This document shows, piece after piece, positions 9,622 through 18,604 of a stretch of 64,000 nt of DNA (positions are counted from its first letter, which is position 1; every line of letters begins with the position of its first letter). A program made the position numbers and the translations under genes. The notes beneath the pieces are model-generated. The model did not search any database. It was not told the DNA's origin and saw only the letters and a program-made list of their open reading frames with translations. The DNA is from an uncultured Actinomycetota bacterium (GTDB lineage Bacteria; Actinomycetota; Actinomycetes; CAVWCF01), in assembly GCA_963753435.1 (NCBI GenBank), contig CAVWCF010000005.1, positions 153,373 through 217,372 of the forward strand, in the 5' to 3' direction.

Positions 9622-10590
9622 GTGAGCCTTGCCCGTGCCGAACGCCCGCGTCGTTCCTGCCTGGCCGTGCCAGGTAGCAACCCGAAGATGCTCGAGAAGG
9701 CCAAGGGCCTCGCCGCCGACCAGATCTTCTGCGACCTGGAGGACTCCGTCGCGCCGTTGGCCAAGCCGGACGCGCGTAAGAACGTTGTCGCAGCGCTCAA
9801 CGAGGGCGGCTACGGGGACAAGACCCGCGTGGTACGCGTGAACGATCTGACCACGGAATGGACCTATCGCGACGTGGTTGAGGTCGTCGAAGGTGCCGGG
9901 GCCAACCTCGACTGCATCATGCTGCCCAAGGTGCAAACGGCCGACCAAGTCGCCTGGCTGGATCTGACGCTGACTCAGGTCGAGAAGACCATGGGATACG
10001 AGGTAGGTCGAATCGGCATCGAGGCGCAGATCGAGAACGCGCTAGGCCTGGTCAACGTTGATGCGATCGCCCAGGCGAGTCCACGCGTGGAGACCATCAT
10101 CTTCGGCCCGGCCGACTTCATGGCCAGCATCAACATGAAGTCGCTGGTGGTCGGCGAACAGCCACCCGACTACGACGTGGGTGACGCCTACCACTACATC
10201 CTGATGCGGATCCTGATGGCCGCCCGCGCCTACGACAAGCAGGCGATTGACGGGCCCTACCTGCAGATCCGGGACGTGGACGGCTTCCGCCGGGTGGCTG
10301 GGCGTTCGGCCGCACTGGGCTTCGACGGCAAGTGGGTGTTGCACCCGGACCAGATCGCCGCCGCCAACGAGGTCTTCAGCCCGCGCCAGGAGGACTACGA
10401 CCACGCCGAGTTGATCCTCGACGCCTACGAGCACTACACGTCCGAGGCCGGCGGCAAGCGCGGTGCAGTGATGCTCGGCGACGAGATGATCGACGAAGCC
10501 AGCCGCAAGATGGCGTTGGTGATGGCGGCCAAGGGCCGTGCCGCGGGCATGCAGCGCACCAAGACGTTCCAGCCGCCGGCGGACTCCTGA
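9622..10590 (+). CDS. CitE-like CoA ester lyase (HpcH/HpaI aldolase/citrate lyase family)
   Basis: RRSCLAVPGS, DLEDSVAP, VRVN, QIE, FGPADF, GFDGKWVLHP, MIDEA. Confidence 0.92.
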   Translation: MSLARAERPRRSCLAVPGSNPKMLEKAKGLAADQIFCDLEDSVAPLAKPDARKNVVAALNEGGYGDKTRVVRVNDLTTEWTYRDVVEVVEGAGANLDCIMLPKVQTADQVAWLDLTLTQVEKTMGYEVGRIGIEAQIENALGLVNVDAIAQASPRVETIIFGPADFMASINMKSLVVGEQPPDYDVGDAYHYILMRILMAARAYDKQAIDGPYLQIRDVDGFRRVAGRSAALGFDGKWVLHPDQIAAANEVFSPRQEDYDHAELILDAYEHYTSEAGGKRGAVMLGDEMIDEASRKMALVMAAKGRAAGMQRTKTFQPPADS

Positions 10591-10637
10591 ATCGTTGGCG
10601 TCGCCGGGAGCGCGCCTCCCGGCTGTCCGCGCGTGGC

Positions 10638-11339
10638 ATGGGACTGCTGTCCCGGGTCGAAGTGCTGGATGCGGAGCGGTTGCCCACCGTCGGCCCGGCG
10701 ATCATTGCGGTACAGCACACCGCGTTGATGGATGTCCCGTTGGTGCTGTCAGTCTTGGCCGCGCAAGGCATCGTTGCCGCACCCCCGTGTCGGACGCCCT
10801 GTCAGCACCGCGGCCATGTTCGAGTGTTGGCGATCGCGGAGTTGTGGAGCTACCCGGTGATGCGCGGGATGGTTCGGGGTGCCGGGGTCATTCCGGTGCA
10901 CCGGCAGGACTTGCGCGGGCTGGAAGCCTTCAGGGATGCGGCCAGCGCACTACGCCGCGGCGAGGTGGTGTTGCTTTATCCGGAAGGCAACGTCCGCGCC
11001 GATGCCAGTGGCGCGCCCCGCCGGGTCCGTTCGGGCGCGGTACGACTGGCACGTGAACACGGCGCACCAGTGGTGCCTGTAGCGCATTGCGATGTCCGGG
11101 TCTTGGGCGACTCATCGATTCGAAGCAGTCTGCTTCGTTCCGCGCAGGCTCTGTTCACCCGGCCACGAATCGTGGTTGCCGTCGGTCCGCCGGTTTCGCC
11201 GAGCGATCTTGGGGGGCTGAGCACGGCGGCGGCCGGGGACTTGTTGCGGCAACGTCTGACTGATGCGTGGCAGCGGGCGACCGCAGCCCACTGCACCCGC
11301 GCGCCGAGCCGAACTGTTGCTCCTGGTTCAGCTACCTAG
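10638..11339 (+). CDS. Lysophospholipid (PlsC-like) acyltransferase
   Basis: HTALMD (HxxxxD), IPVHR, YPEG, PVVPVA motifs. Start is uncertain. Confidence 0.8.
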   Translation: MGLLSRVEVLDAERLPTVGPAIIAVQHTALMDVPLVLSVLAAQGIVAAPPCRTPCQHRGHVRVLAIAELWSYPVMRGMVRGAGVIPVHRQDLRGLEAFRDAASALRRGEVVLLYPEGNVRADASGAPRRVRSGAVRLAREHGAPVVPVAHCDVRVLGDSSIRSSLLRSAQALFTRPRIVVAVGPPVSPSDLGGLSTAAAGDLLRQRLTDAWQRATAAHCTRAPSRTVAPGSAT

Positions 11340-11912
11340 GAGACCGGCCGCTTGGGCCGCGGTCAGTCCGCTTCGGGCCCGGCTACGTTCGGGCGCGCGG
11401 CCATGAGCCAGCCAATAGGCCATCACCGGTCCGGCGATCAGGTTCACGGTGTCCTCAAGTGCGGCAGCGCTCAACGGTGGATCCACTTGCCGCACGGCAG
11501 CCCGAAGTGGCTGCAACAGGCCAGCGATGTAGCGATTGCGCCGCGCCGCCACCCGTTCGTCGCCGACCGGTCCCGCCATCAAGGACCCGAGGAACGAGGC
11601 CACCGGACGGTTTCGCAGCCGCCAGAGCAGGTGCTCCAGCGCCGCCTCGATGTCGGCGGTCACCTCCCCCGTCGGTGTCGGCGCCTCGGTCTGTTCGGCC
11701 ACGTCCAGGAGCGCGTCCACCAACGCGTCGGCATCGGGCCAGTGTCGGTACACGGTGGACCTGGCCACGCCGGTCACCTCATGCAGGCGCTGCGGGGTCA
11801 AGGCGGACGCACCTTCATTCAGCAGCAGATCGAGGGCCCCGCGCAGAACCGTCTCGCGGGTAGCGGTCGAAGGGCCGGCGGGTCGCCCGGGCCCGGGCTT
11901 GGTGCGAGGCAT
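11328..11912 (-). CDS. TetR/AcrR family regulator
   Basis: HTH GVARSTVYRHWP. ATG 11912 is preceded by a TACGGT -10 box. Confidence 0.88.
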   Translation of the reverse strand: MPRTKPGPGRPAGPSTATRETVLRGALDLLLNEGASALTPQRLHEVTGVARSTVYRHWPDADALVDALLDVAEQTEAPTPTGEVTADIEAALEHLLWRLRNRPVASFLGSLMAGPVGDERVAARRNRYIAGLLQPLRAAVRQVDPPLSAAALEDTVNLIAGPVMAYWLAHGRAPERSRARSGLTAAQAAGLLGS

Positions 11913-11961
11913 CGGCTGACCGTAGCCGGGCCAACCTGCGAACACGTCCAGCCGCCGGGAA

Positions 11962-11973
11962 TACTGCGCAGTA
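11962..11973. promoter_or_regulatory. Palindromic operator TACTGCGCAGTA (TAC-N6-GTA)
   Basis: Perfect 12-bp palindrome between the divergent TetR and the acyl-CoA dehydrogenase, just before the GGAGGAG RBS. Confidence 0.6.
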
Positions 11974-11989
11974 ACAAGTAGGAGGAGTA

Positions 11990-13198
11990 ATGGGCCGATT
12001 GGCGCGGACAGCGGGTTTGAGCGATCTGCAGGAGGAGATTCTGCAGGCGGTTCGCACCTTCACCGACAACGAGATCATCCCGGCGGCCCAGGAGCTCGAG
12101 CACACCGACACCTATCCGGAAGACATCGTCGAAGGCCTCAAGGCGATGGGCATCTTCGGACTGATGGTGCCGGAGGAGTACGGCGGGCTTGGGGAGTCGC
12201 TGCTTACGTATGCGCTCTGCGTGGAGGAGATCGCCCGCGGCTGGATGAGCGTGTCGGGGATCATCAACACCCACTTCATCGTGGCCTACATGCTCAAGCA
12301 GCACGGCACCGATGAGCAGAAGGAGGCACTGCTGCCGCGCATGGCCACCGGCGAGGTTCGGGGGGCCTTCTCCATGTCGGAGCCGCACTGCGGCTCCGAT
12401 GTGTCGGCGATCAAGTCCAAGGCCGTTCGGGACGGCGACGAGTTCGTTCTCGACGGCCAGAAGATGTGGCTGACCAACGGCGGCACGTCGACGTTGGTTG
12501 CGGTGCTGGTCCGCACCGATGACGAGACCCCCGACGCCAAGAGCGTGTACAAGCGGATGAGCACCTTCCTGGTCGAGAAACCGGCTGGGTTCGGTGAGGT
12601 CCTTCCCGGTCTGACCATCCCCGGCAAGATCGACAAGATGGGCTACAAGGGCGTCGACACCACCGAGATGGTGATGGACGGCTTCCGCGTCGGCTCCGAC
12701 CGATTGCTAGGTGGCGAGCCGGGCCGGGGCTTCTACCAAATGATGGACGGTGTCGAGGTCGGCCGCGTAAACGTCGCTGCCCGCGCCTGCGGCGTCGCCA
12801 TGCGGGCGTTCGAGCTGGGAATCGAGTACTCCCAGCAACGGGAGACCTTCGGCAAGCAGATCGCCGAGCACCAGGCGGTCGCGTTCCGCCTGGCGGACAT
12901 GGCGACCAAGGTCGAAGCCGCGCACCAGATGATGGTGATGGCGGCCCGCCTTAAGGACACCGGCGCTCGCAACGACCTCGAAGCCGGCATGGCGAAGTAC
13001 CTGGCCAGTGAGTACTGCAAAGAGGTCGTGGAGGACTCCTTCCGTATTCACGGCGGGTACGGGTACGCCAAGGAGTACGAGATCGAACGGCTCTACCGTG
13101 AAGCACCGATGCTGATGATCGGTGAGGGCACGGCCGACATCCAGCGAATGATCATCGCGCGCCGCCTCCTCGAGGACTACGCATCGGTGAACCGCTGA
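11990..13198 (+). CDS. Acyl-CoA dehydrogenase
   Basis: FSMSEPHCGSD, GQKMWLTNG, RETFGKQI, IHGGYGY, GEGTADIQR. Strong RBS. Confidence 0.95.
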   Translation: MGRLARTAGLSDLQEEILQAVRTFTDNEIIPAAQELEHTDTYPEDIVEGLKAMGIFGLMVPEEYGGLGESLLTYALCVEEIARGWMSVSGIINTHFIVAYMLKQHGTDEQKEALLPRMATGEVRGAFSMSEPHCGSDVSAIKSKAVRDGDEFVLDGQKMWLTNGGTSTLVAVLVRTDDETPDAKSVYKRMSTFLVEKPAGFGEVLPGLTIPGKIDKMGYKGVDTTEMVMDGFRVGSDRLLGGEPGRGFYQMMDGVEVGRVNVAARACGVAMRAFELGIEYSQQRETFGKQIAEHQAVAFRLADMATKVEAAHQMMVMAARLKDTGARNDLEAGMAKYLASEYCKEVVEDSFRIHGGYGYAKEYEIERLYREAPMLMIGEGTADIQRMIIARRLLEDYASVNR

Positions 13199-13267
13199 TC
13201 GCATAGAACTGGAGTTTCGGTGCGCAGTTGGCTTGACGCTGACGCCAACGGGTAGCACGGTCGGGCC

Positions 13268-13894
13268 GTGGCTGATCATCGAATGACATGCCCGCGGTGC
13301 GGCGCGGAACTCGCCGCACCGGGGGTCTGGTCCAACGAATACCAGTGCGTCGAGCACGGTGCCGTGGTTCCAGTCCGAGCGCCGGCGCACCAGACCCCCG
13401 AAGCGCTCTGGGCCGCCGTCGGCGACAGTGGCGTTCCGGTGTGGGCCCCATGGCCGCTTCCGCCCGGCTGGTTGATAACTGGCATTCGGCTGGCCGGTGA
13501 TTCTCGCGAGGCGGCGCACGCCGCAGTCCTGGCCGCCAGTGGTCCGGCTCCTTTGGGCGGGGCGGCGGATCTGCTGCTGGTATCGGAGGAACCGGGAGTG
13601 GGCTGGGGTGCGCGCCTGGCCGGTGTCGCCGGCCTGGACCCGGGGGCCGGCCTCGCGGACCGCCCAGCGGCCACGAAGGTCGCCATCGATGGACACGAGT
13701 GTGCGATGTGGGAGGTGGACGGGCCCCAGGAACGCTCGGTCTATGTCGGCGAAGCCGACGCGCGATGGCTATGGGCGATCAGCTGGCCGCAAACGTCCGG
13801 GCTGCTCCTGCACGACCATCTGCAGTTGATGGACTTGCGCGGTACGGACTTCGATCTTCCGGTGGGAGCCATCTCACCGCGCCTCGCGGACTAG
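13268..13894 (+). CDS. Conserved actinobacterial protein (DUF6758-like) with N-terminal CxxC...CxxH
   Basis: TCPRCG...CVEHG, PVWAPWPLPPGW, EEPGVG, YVGEA..RWLW. Confidence 0.75.
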   Translation: MADHRMTCPRCGAELAAPGVWSNEYQCVEHGAVVPVRAPAHQTPEALWAAVGDSGVPVWAPWPLPPGWLITGIRLAGDSREAAHAAVLAASGPAPLGGAADLLLVSEEPGVGWGARLAGVAGLDPGAGLADRPAATKVAIDGHECAMWEVDGPQERSVYVGEADARWLWAISWPQTSGLLLHDHLQLMDLRGTDFDLPVGAISPRLAD

Positions 13895-13939
13895 GTGCTC
13901 GCAGCGGCTCAAGTCCCACCCCCGACCTAGGCTCGCGGC

Positions 13940-14857
13940 ATGCGCGCGGACCTGCACACGCACTCCACGGCGTCAGACGGCACCACGCCGCCCGGCGAAC
14001 TGCCGGCGCTTGCTGCCGCCGCGGGGCTGGACCTGATCGCCCTGACCGACCACGACGGCTACGGCGGCATCGCGGCAGCTGACGAGGCCGCACGGCAGGC
14101 CGGGGTGCGGTTGCTGCCCGGGGCGGAGTTGTCGTGCGCATCCGGCGCAGGCGTCCGGCTGCATCTGCTCGCCTACGGCGCCGATCCTCTTGACCCCTGG
14201 TTGGCCGAACACGTGGCGGCGGTCCGCAACGACCGGATCCCGCGAGCGCATCGGATCGTCGACCGGATGCGTGCCGCTGGCCTCCCGATCACCTGGGACG
14301 AGGTCGCCGCAGCAGCCGGCGCCAACGCCAGCATCGGTCGCCCCCATTTGGCTGCGGTCCTGGTGGCCAACGGCGCAGCGGCCGACATTGCGGATGCCTT
14401 CAACCGGTTCCTGGCCGATGACGCGCCGTACTACGCCGGTCATCTGACGCTCGACGCGACCGCGGCGGTCGGCGCAGTCCGCGCCGCGGGCGGGGTACCG
14501 GTACTGGCCCACGCACGTGCCAAGCGCGGCCCGCAACTTAGCGAGGACGAGATCGTTGGCCTGGCCGACGCCGGTCTCCTCGGTCTGGAAGTGGACCATC
14601 CCGACCACGACGAAGCCGACCGGGCCCGGCTGCACGTTCTCGCCGAACGCCTGGGCTTGTTGACGACTGGCAGCAGCGACTTCCACGGTGCGCATAAGGA
14701 AGGTTTGGCGCTCGGTGCCAACACCACTGACCCGGGGCAACTGGCTGCGCTCTTGGACCAGATCTCCGGCGCCCCACTGCTTGGCTACGGATCGCCGCCG
14801 GACGCCGCTGCTGCTTTCCGGGATCCGCGGGCGCCAGGTGTCGGGGCCGCTGACTGA
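13940..14857 (+). CDS. PHP domain phosphoesterase (TrpH/YciV-like)
   Basis: DLHTHSTASDG, LTDHD, GRPH, LAH, GSSDFHG. Confidence 0.92.
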   Translation: MRADLHTHSTASDGTTPPGELPALAAAAGLDLIALTDHDGYGGIAAADEAARQAGVRLLPGAELSCASGAGVRLHLLAYGADPLDPWLAEHVAAVRNDRIPRAHRIVDRMRAAGLPITWDEVAAAAGANASIGRPHLAAVLVANGAAADIADAFNRFLADDAPYYAGHLTLDATAAVGAVRAAGGVPVLAHARAKRGPQLSEDEIVGLADAGLLGLEVDHPDHDEADRARLHVLAERLGLLTTGSSDFHGAHKEGLALGANTTDPGQLAALLDQISGAPLLGYGSPPDAAAAFRDPRAPGVGAAD

Positions 14858-15720
14858 TGAGTCTGCAAGAGCCGGGGTCTGGATCGGACGGGACCGCACA
14901 GCGGTCGGATCCGACGATGCTGCCTGGGATGCCCAAGCGGCTACTGAAGGTGACGCCGGCCGCTACGGACGCTTGGTTGACCTGTCCGCGCAAGTACCGG
15001 TTCCGCTATGTCGACCGGCCGGCTCCGGCTCCCGGGCCGGGCTGGGCGCACCAAACGGTCGGGGCGGCGGTGCACAACGCGCTGCTGCACTACTACGAAC
15101 AGGAACCGGCGGATCGCAACCCCGACCAGATCGAGCAGTTCATCGCTGCTGCCTGGAGTGACGTCGGCTTCCGGGACTCCGAGCAGAGCGAGCAGCACCG
15201 CGGGCGCGCAACCCAATGGACCCGGGGCTACCTGGCCACCCAGGAACCGGAGTTGCGGCCCCTGGCGTTGGAGCGGACCGTTTCGTGCAAAGACGATCGC
15301 GCCGTCTACAGCGGCCGCGTGGACCGCATTGATCTGCGCGACGACGAGTTGGTGATCGTGGACTACAAGACCGGGCGCAAGCCGCCGACGGACGCCGAGG
15401 CCAGGTCCAGCCCCGCGCTGGCGCTGTACCTGGTGGCAGCACGGGAGACCCTTCGCTGTCCCGGGGTCCGCGTGGAGTTGCACCACGTACCGACGGGAAC
15501 GGTTGCGACGGCGACGCACTCCGCACAGTCGCTGACACGGCATCGGGACCGCCTGGTGGACCTCGCCGCGGAGGCCGCTGCCGCCAGCGTCGACTCGACG
15601 GATGGGTTTCCGCCAAACCCCGGCCCGATGTGCGGATGGTGCGACTTCTACGCCCACTGCGCCGAGGGTCGGCGGGCGGTTCCGGACCGACCGGTTTCGT
15701 GGGCTGGTCTCGCGGACTAG
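14857..15720 (+). CDS. Stand-alone RecB-family PD-(D/E)XK nuclease with four Cys (Cas4/AddB-like Fe-S staple)
   Basis: CPRKY, GAAVH, LE, GRVDRID, DYKTG, CGWC...C. TGATG overlap with the PHP gene. Confidence 0.88.
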   Translation: MSLQEPGSGSDGTAQRSDPTMLPGMPKRLLKVTPAATDAWLTCPRKYRFRYVDRPAPAPGPGWAHQTVGAAVHNALLHYYEQEPADRNPDQIEQFIAAAWSDVGFRDSEQSEQHRGRATQWTRGYLATQEPELRPLALERTVSCKDDRAVYSGRVDRIDLRDDELVIVDYKTGRKPPTDAEARSSPALALYLVAARETLRCPGVRVELHHVPTGTVATATHSAQSLTRHRDRLVDLAAEAAAASVDSTDGFPPNPGPMCGWCDFYAHCAEGRRAVPDRPVSWAGLAD

Positions 15721-15756
15721 TTGCCTGCGTCCACGGCTGAGAGCCGAGTTCAGCGG

Positions 15757-16647
15757 CTAGGGCTTGGCCACCGAGTGCAGGAAGGCAAGCAGCGCTGTGG
15801 CGGTCGCGGTCGGGTTCTCCGCGGCAGGGGAGTGACCGGCGTCTGGCACCGACACGGCCACGACGCCTAGCCGGGCGGCCATCTCGGCCTGCACCGGCGC
15901 TGGCCAGGCGTCCTCGTCCACTCCGTGGATCACTGCGAGCGGGATCCCAGTGGCCAGCAACGATTCCGTTCGGTCGGGGGCGGCCAGCAACGCCTGAGCG
16001 CAACCGGCGTGATGAGCGGCACGGGTCGTCAACCAGCGCCGGCGCTGAAACGCCGCAGTCTGAGAATCCGGCGGCGGCCAGGTGCCCTCTGCCTTGCGGA
16101 CTTCGACCACCAACTCCCACGACTGCTGCGGCGTAAGGCTCATCGCCGAGTCCGCCAACGCCTGGGTCAGGTCGCGGCGCCGGCCCGGCGGCAGCGCGCT
16201 CGGACCGGAGTCCAGCAGGGTCAGGGACGCCACTGGCGGATCCGCGCCGAGCCTGCTGGTCACGGCCTCCTTGGCCACGAGGCCGCCGAAGGAGTGGCCC
16301 ACCAGGTGAATTGGCTGCGGCAGTGTCGCGATCACATCCGTGAGGTCGGCCGCCAACGCCGCGAGGGTGTAGTCGGCGGGGTCGTCGGTGCCATCTGACT
16401 CCTGTTGCCCGAACAGGTCGATCGCGACAGCGCGCCATCCAGCAGCAGCCAGCGTGGGCAGCACCGGCGCGAAGTCCTCCTTGCCCCCGGTCAGTCCGGG
16501 GACCAGCAGAACGGCGGAGTCCGGGTCGGCTTGGCCAGCAGGAACCGGCTCGGCCGTCAGTGCGGCGAGTTGGCCACGTCGGGTCGTGAGGCGAATAGCA
16601 GTCGCGGAGGTGCGGCTCGCGCCTGCCGCGGGGTCTGTTGCTGGCAC
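15757..16647 (-). CDS. Alpha/beta hydrolase
   Basis: PGLTGGKEDF, GHSFG nucleophile elbow, D and GHSP triad residues. Confidence 0.88.
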   Translation of the reverse strand: MPATDPAAGASRTSATAIRLTTRRGQLAALTAEPVPAGQADPDSAVLLVPGLTGGKEDFAPVLPTLAAAGWRAVAIDLFGQQESDGTDDPADYTLAALAADLTDVIATLPQPIHLVGHSFGGLVAKEAVTSRLGADPPVASLTLLDSGPSALPPGRRRDLTQALADSAMSLTPQQSWELVVEVRKAEGTWPPPDSQTAAFQRRRWLTTRAAHHAGCAQALLAAPDRTESLLATGIPLAVIHGVDEDAWPAPVQAEMAARLGVVAVSVPDAGHSPAAENPTATATALLAFLHSVAKP

Positions 16648-16739
16648 CTGGCAGAGGCTAGGGTCAGCCCTACTTCCTCACGCGCCGCCCCTTCCCCTTG
16701 CACCATCGCCGTAATGACGTTCGACGCTTCGGAGTGCTC

Positions 16740-17528
16740 GTGTCTCACATAGTCGCCGTCGCCAATCAGAAGGGCGGCGTGGCCAAGACCACCACGGTCG
16801 CGTCTATCGGCGCTGCGCTGTCGGAGTCCGGCGTCCGTGTGCTGTTGGTGGACCTGGATCCACAGGCCTGTTTGACGTTCTCGCTGGGTATCGACCCTGA
16901 TGACATTCCGCTTTCAGTCCACGATGTGCTGCTCGGGCGGGTTGGCATTCGGCTGCCGATCGTGTCGACTCAGGACGGACCAGACCTCTTGCCGGCCACG
17001 ATCGATCTCGCAGGTACCGAGGTCATGCTCAACACCCGAGCCGGTCGCGAGTTGGTGCTGAAGCAGGAGCTGGCGGAGTTGTCGGACTCCTACGACGTCA
17101 TCCTCCTGGACTGTTCACCGTCGCTGGGGGTGCTCACCCTGAACGCGCTGGCCGCGGCCGATGAGGTGATCGTGCCGTTGCAGTGCGAGACGTTGAGCCA
17201 TCGCGGTGTCGGGCAGTTGCTGGACACCATCGGCGAGGTGCGCCGGGTCCTCAACCCCGGGTTGGACCTGCACGGGGTGCTGCCGACGATGTTCGACAGC
17301 CGAACCACGCACGCCAACGCGGTGTTGGGCGATGTTTCCGAGCGATACAACGTGGCGGTCTTGATGCCGCCCATCGCGCGCAGCATCCGCTTTGCCGAGG
17401 CCCCGGCGGTGGGCCGGTCGGTGCTGAGTACCGCCAAGGGCACGCCCGGCGCGCACGCCTATCGAGAGCATGCCGCCGCGCTGGCGATTCGCGCGGGAAT
17501 TCGTCCCCGTTTGGTCGTGGGCGAATGA
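16740..17528 (+). CDS. Orphan ParA/Soj family ATPase
   Basis: ANQKGGVAKTT deviant Walker A, DLDPQ, DCSPSLG, RFAEAP. GTG 16740 follows a GGAG RBS. No parB nearby. Confidence 0.92.
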   Translation: MSHIVAVANQKGGVAKTTTVASIGAALSESGVRVLLVDLDPQACLTFSLGIDPDDIPLSVHDVLLGRVGIRLPIVSTQDGPDLLPATIDLAGTEVMLNTRAGRELVLKQELAELSDSYDVILLDCSPSLGVLTLNALAAADEVIVPLQCETLSHRGVGQLLDTIGEVRRVLNPGLDLHGVLPTMFDSRTTHANAVLGDVSERYNVAVLMPPIARSIRFAEAPAVGRSVLSTAKGTPGAHAYREHAAALAIRAGIRPRLVVGE

Positions 17529-17860
17529 GCAGCAAGCAGAGCTTCGACCGATTGCGCAAACGCGACGCGTGGGCGCAGACCACCGATGAGGTGTCCACCC
17601 GCCGTTCCGACCCCGCCGGCAAGCAGGCCCTCTACTCGGTCAATCGCGCCCAGGGGGACCAGGTCCGCAACGGCGCTGGACCGCGGCTGGACATCAGTTG
17701 CTCCGAGTGCGGCGTGACGTCCGCGGTCGATCCGCTGTCGGCGATCGGCCTGTTGATCCCGTCGCTGCACCTGCCTGTCATCAAGCGGGGCGCGGCCAGT
17801 TGGATGAAGTGCCCGGCGTGCCGCAGCCGGACCTGGGTAAGCCTGTCCGTGCACATCTGA
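17525..17860 (+). CDS. Hypothetical 111-aa protein with CxxC...CxxC zinc ribbon
   Basis: ATGA overlap with the parA stop. CSEC and CPAC pairs. Confidence 0.78.
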   Translation: MSSKQSFDRLRKRDAWAQTTDEVSTRRSDPAGKQALYSVNRAQGDQVRNGAGPRLDISCSECGVTSAVDPLSAIGLLIPSLHLPVIKRGAASWMKCPACRSRTWVSLSVHI

Positions 17861-17953
17861 CGTCCCCGACGCTGGCTGCGAACAGAGCCGCTTCGAACAC
17901 GTGTCCGGACGCCGGTCACGGTCTGGTCAAGGACTGCGGACACGCCTGCGTCG

Positions 17954-18604
17954 GTGCTTGATCAACTGCACCGCGACCGAGAACCTGTGCCACGCTCCTC
18001 GGGCCGACCGGCCCGCTTCCCCAGGAGGCTTGGCTTGTCGTTCTTGGCACTGGCTGTTCCAGCCCGGGCGCTTATCCCGATCGCGTTGCTCTTGGCCTTC
18101 GTCGGCGGCATCGCCCTCGGCGGGCTCGGCCGAACCGTGGCCTCGGCCGACAGCGGGATGCCGACCTGGGACGAGGTGGTCCCGACCGCTCAGCGCAATC
18201 TGGGTGTCAGCCCTGCGGCGCTGCACGTCAGTCCGGTCGCCGCCGAGGTCCAGTCCAGCGGCGCACCGCTGCCGGAAGACTCCGGGGCGGGGCGACGGAT
18301 CGTGGTCGCGGCGTCCGCTGATCACGTCTGGCTGGTTAACGCAGACGGGTCCGTGGCCGCTGACCTGCCGGCCTCGGGAACTCCCGATTGCCTGCCCGGC
18401 GGCACCAGCACCGTGATTTCCTCCGCACCGGCAGCCCGGATCGGGGCGGCCGGTGAGGTCTCTTGGTTGGTGCGAGTGGGCGTCAGCGGCGAGGGGTTTC
18501 ACTCAGCGGTAGCCGGCGGTGGATGCATCGGGCTGGCCGAAGACCATGCCCGAGCCGTGTACGAATGGGCGTCCCCAGGGACCGCTGTCGTAGCGCTGGC
18601 CTAG
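17954..18604 (+). CDS. Membrane-anchored L,D-transpeptidase-like (YkuD) protein, divergent
   Basis: TM helix, SGAGRRIV...VWLV, FH...GGCIGL...VYEWASPGTAVV C-terminus typical of YkuD. Start is uncertain. Confidence 0.65.
   Translation: MLDQLHRDREPVPRSSGRPARFPRRLGLSFLALAVPARALIPIALLLAFVGGIALGGLGRTVASADSGMPTWDEVVPTAQRNLGVSPAALHVSPVAAEVQSSGAPLPEDSGAGRRIVVAASADHVWLVNADGSVAADLPASGTPDCLPGGTSTVISSAPAARIGAAGEVSWLVRVGVSGEGFHSAVAGGGCIGLAEDHARAVYEWASPGTAVVALA

Noticed and set aside
14857-15720. CRISPR-Cas locus suggested by the Cas4-like nuclease
   Set aside because: No repeat-spacer array and no other cas genes in the window.
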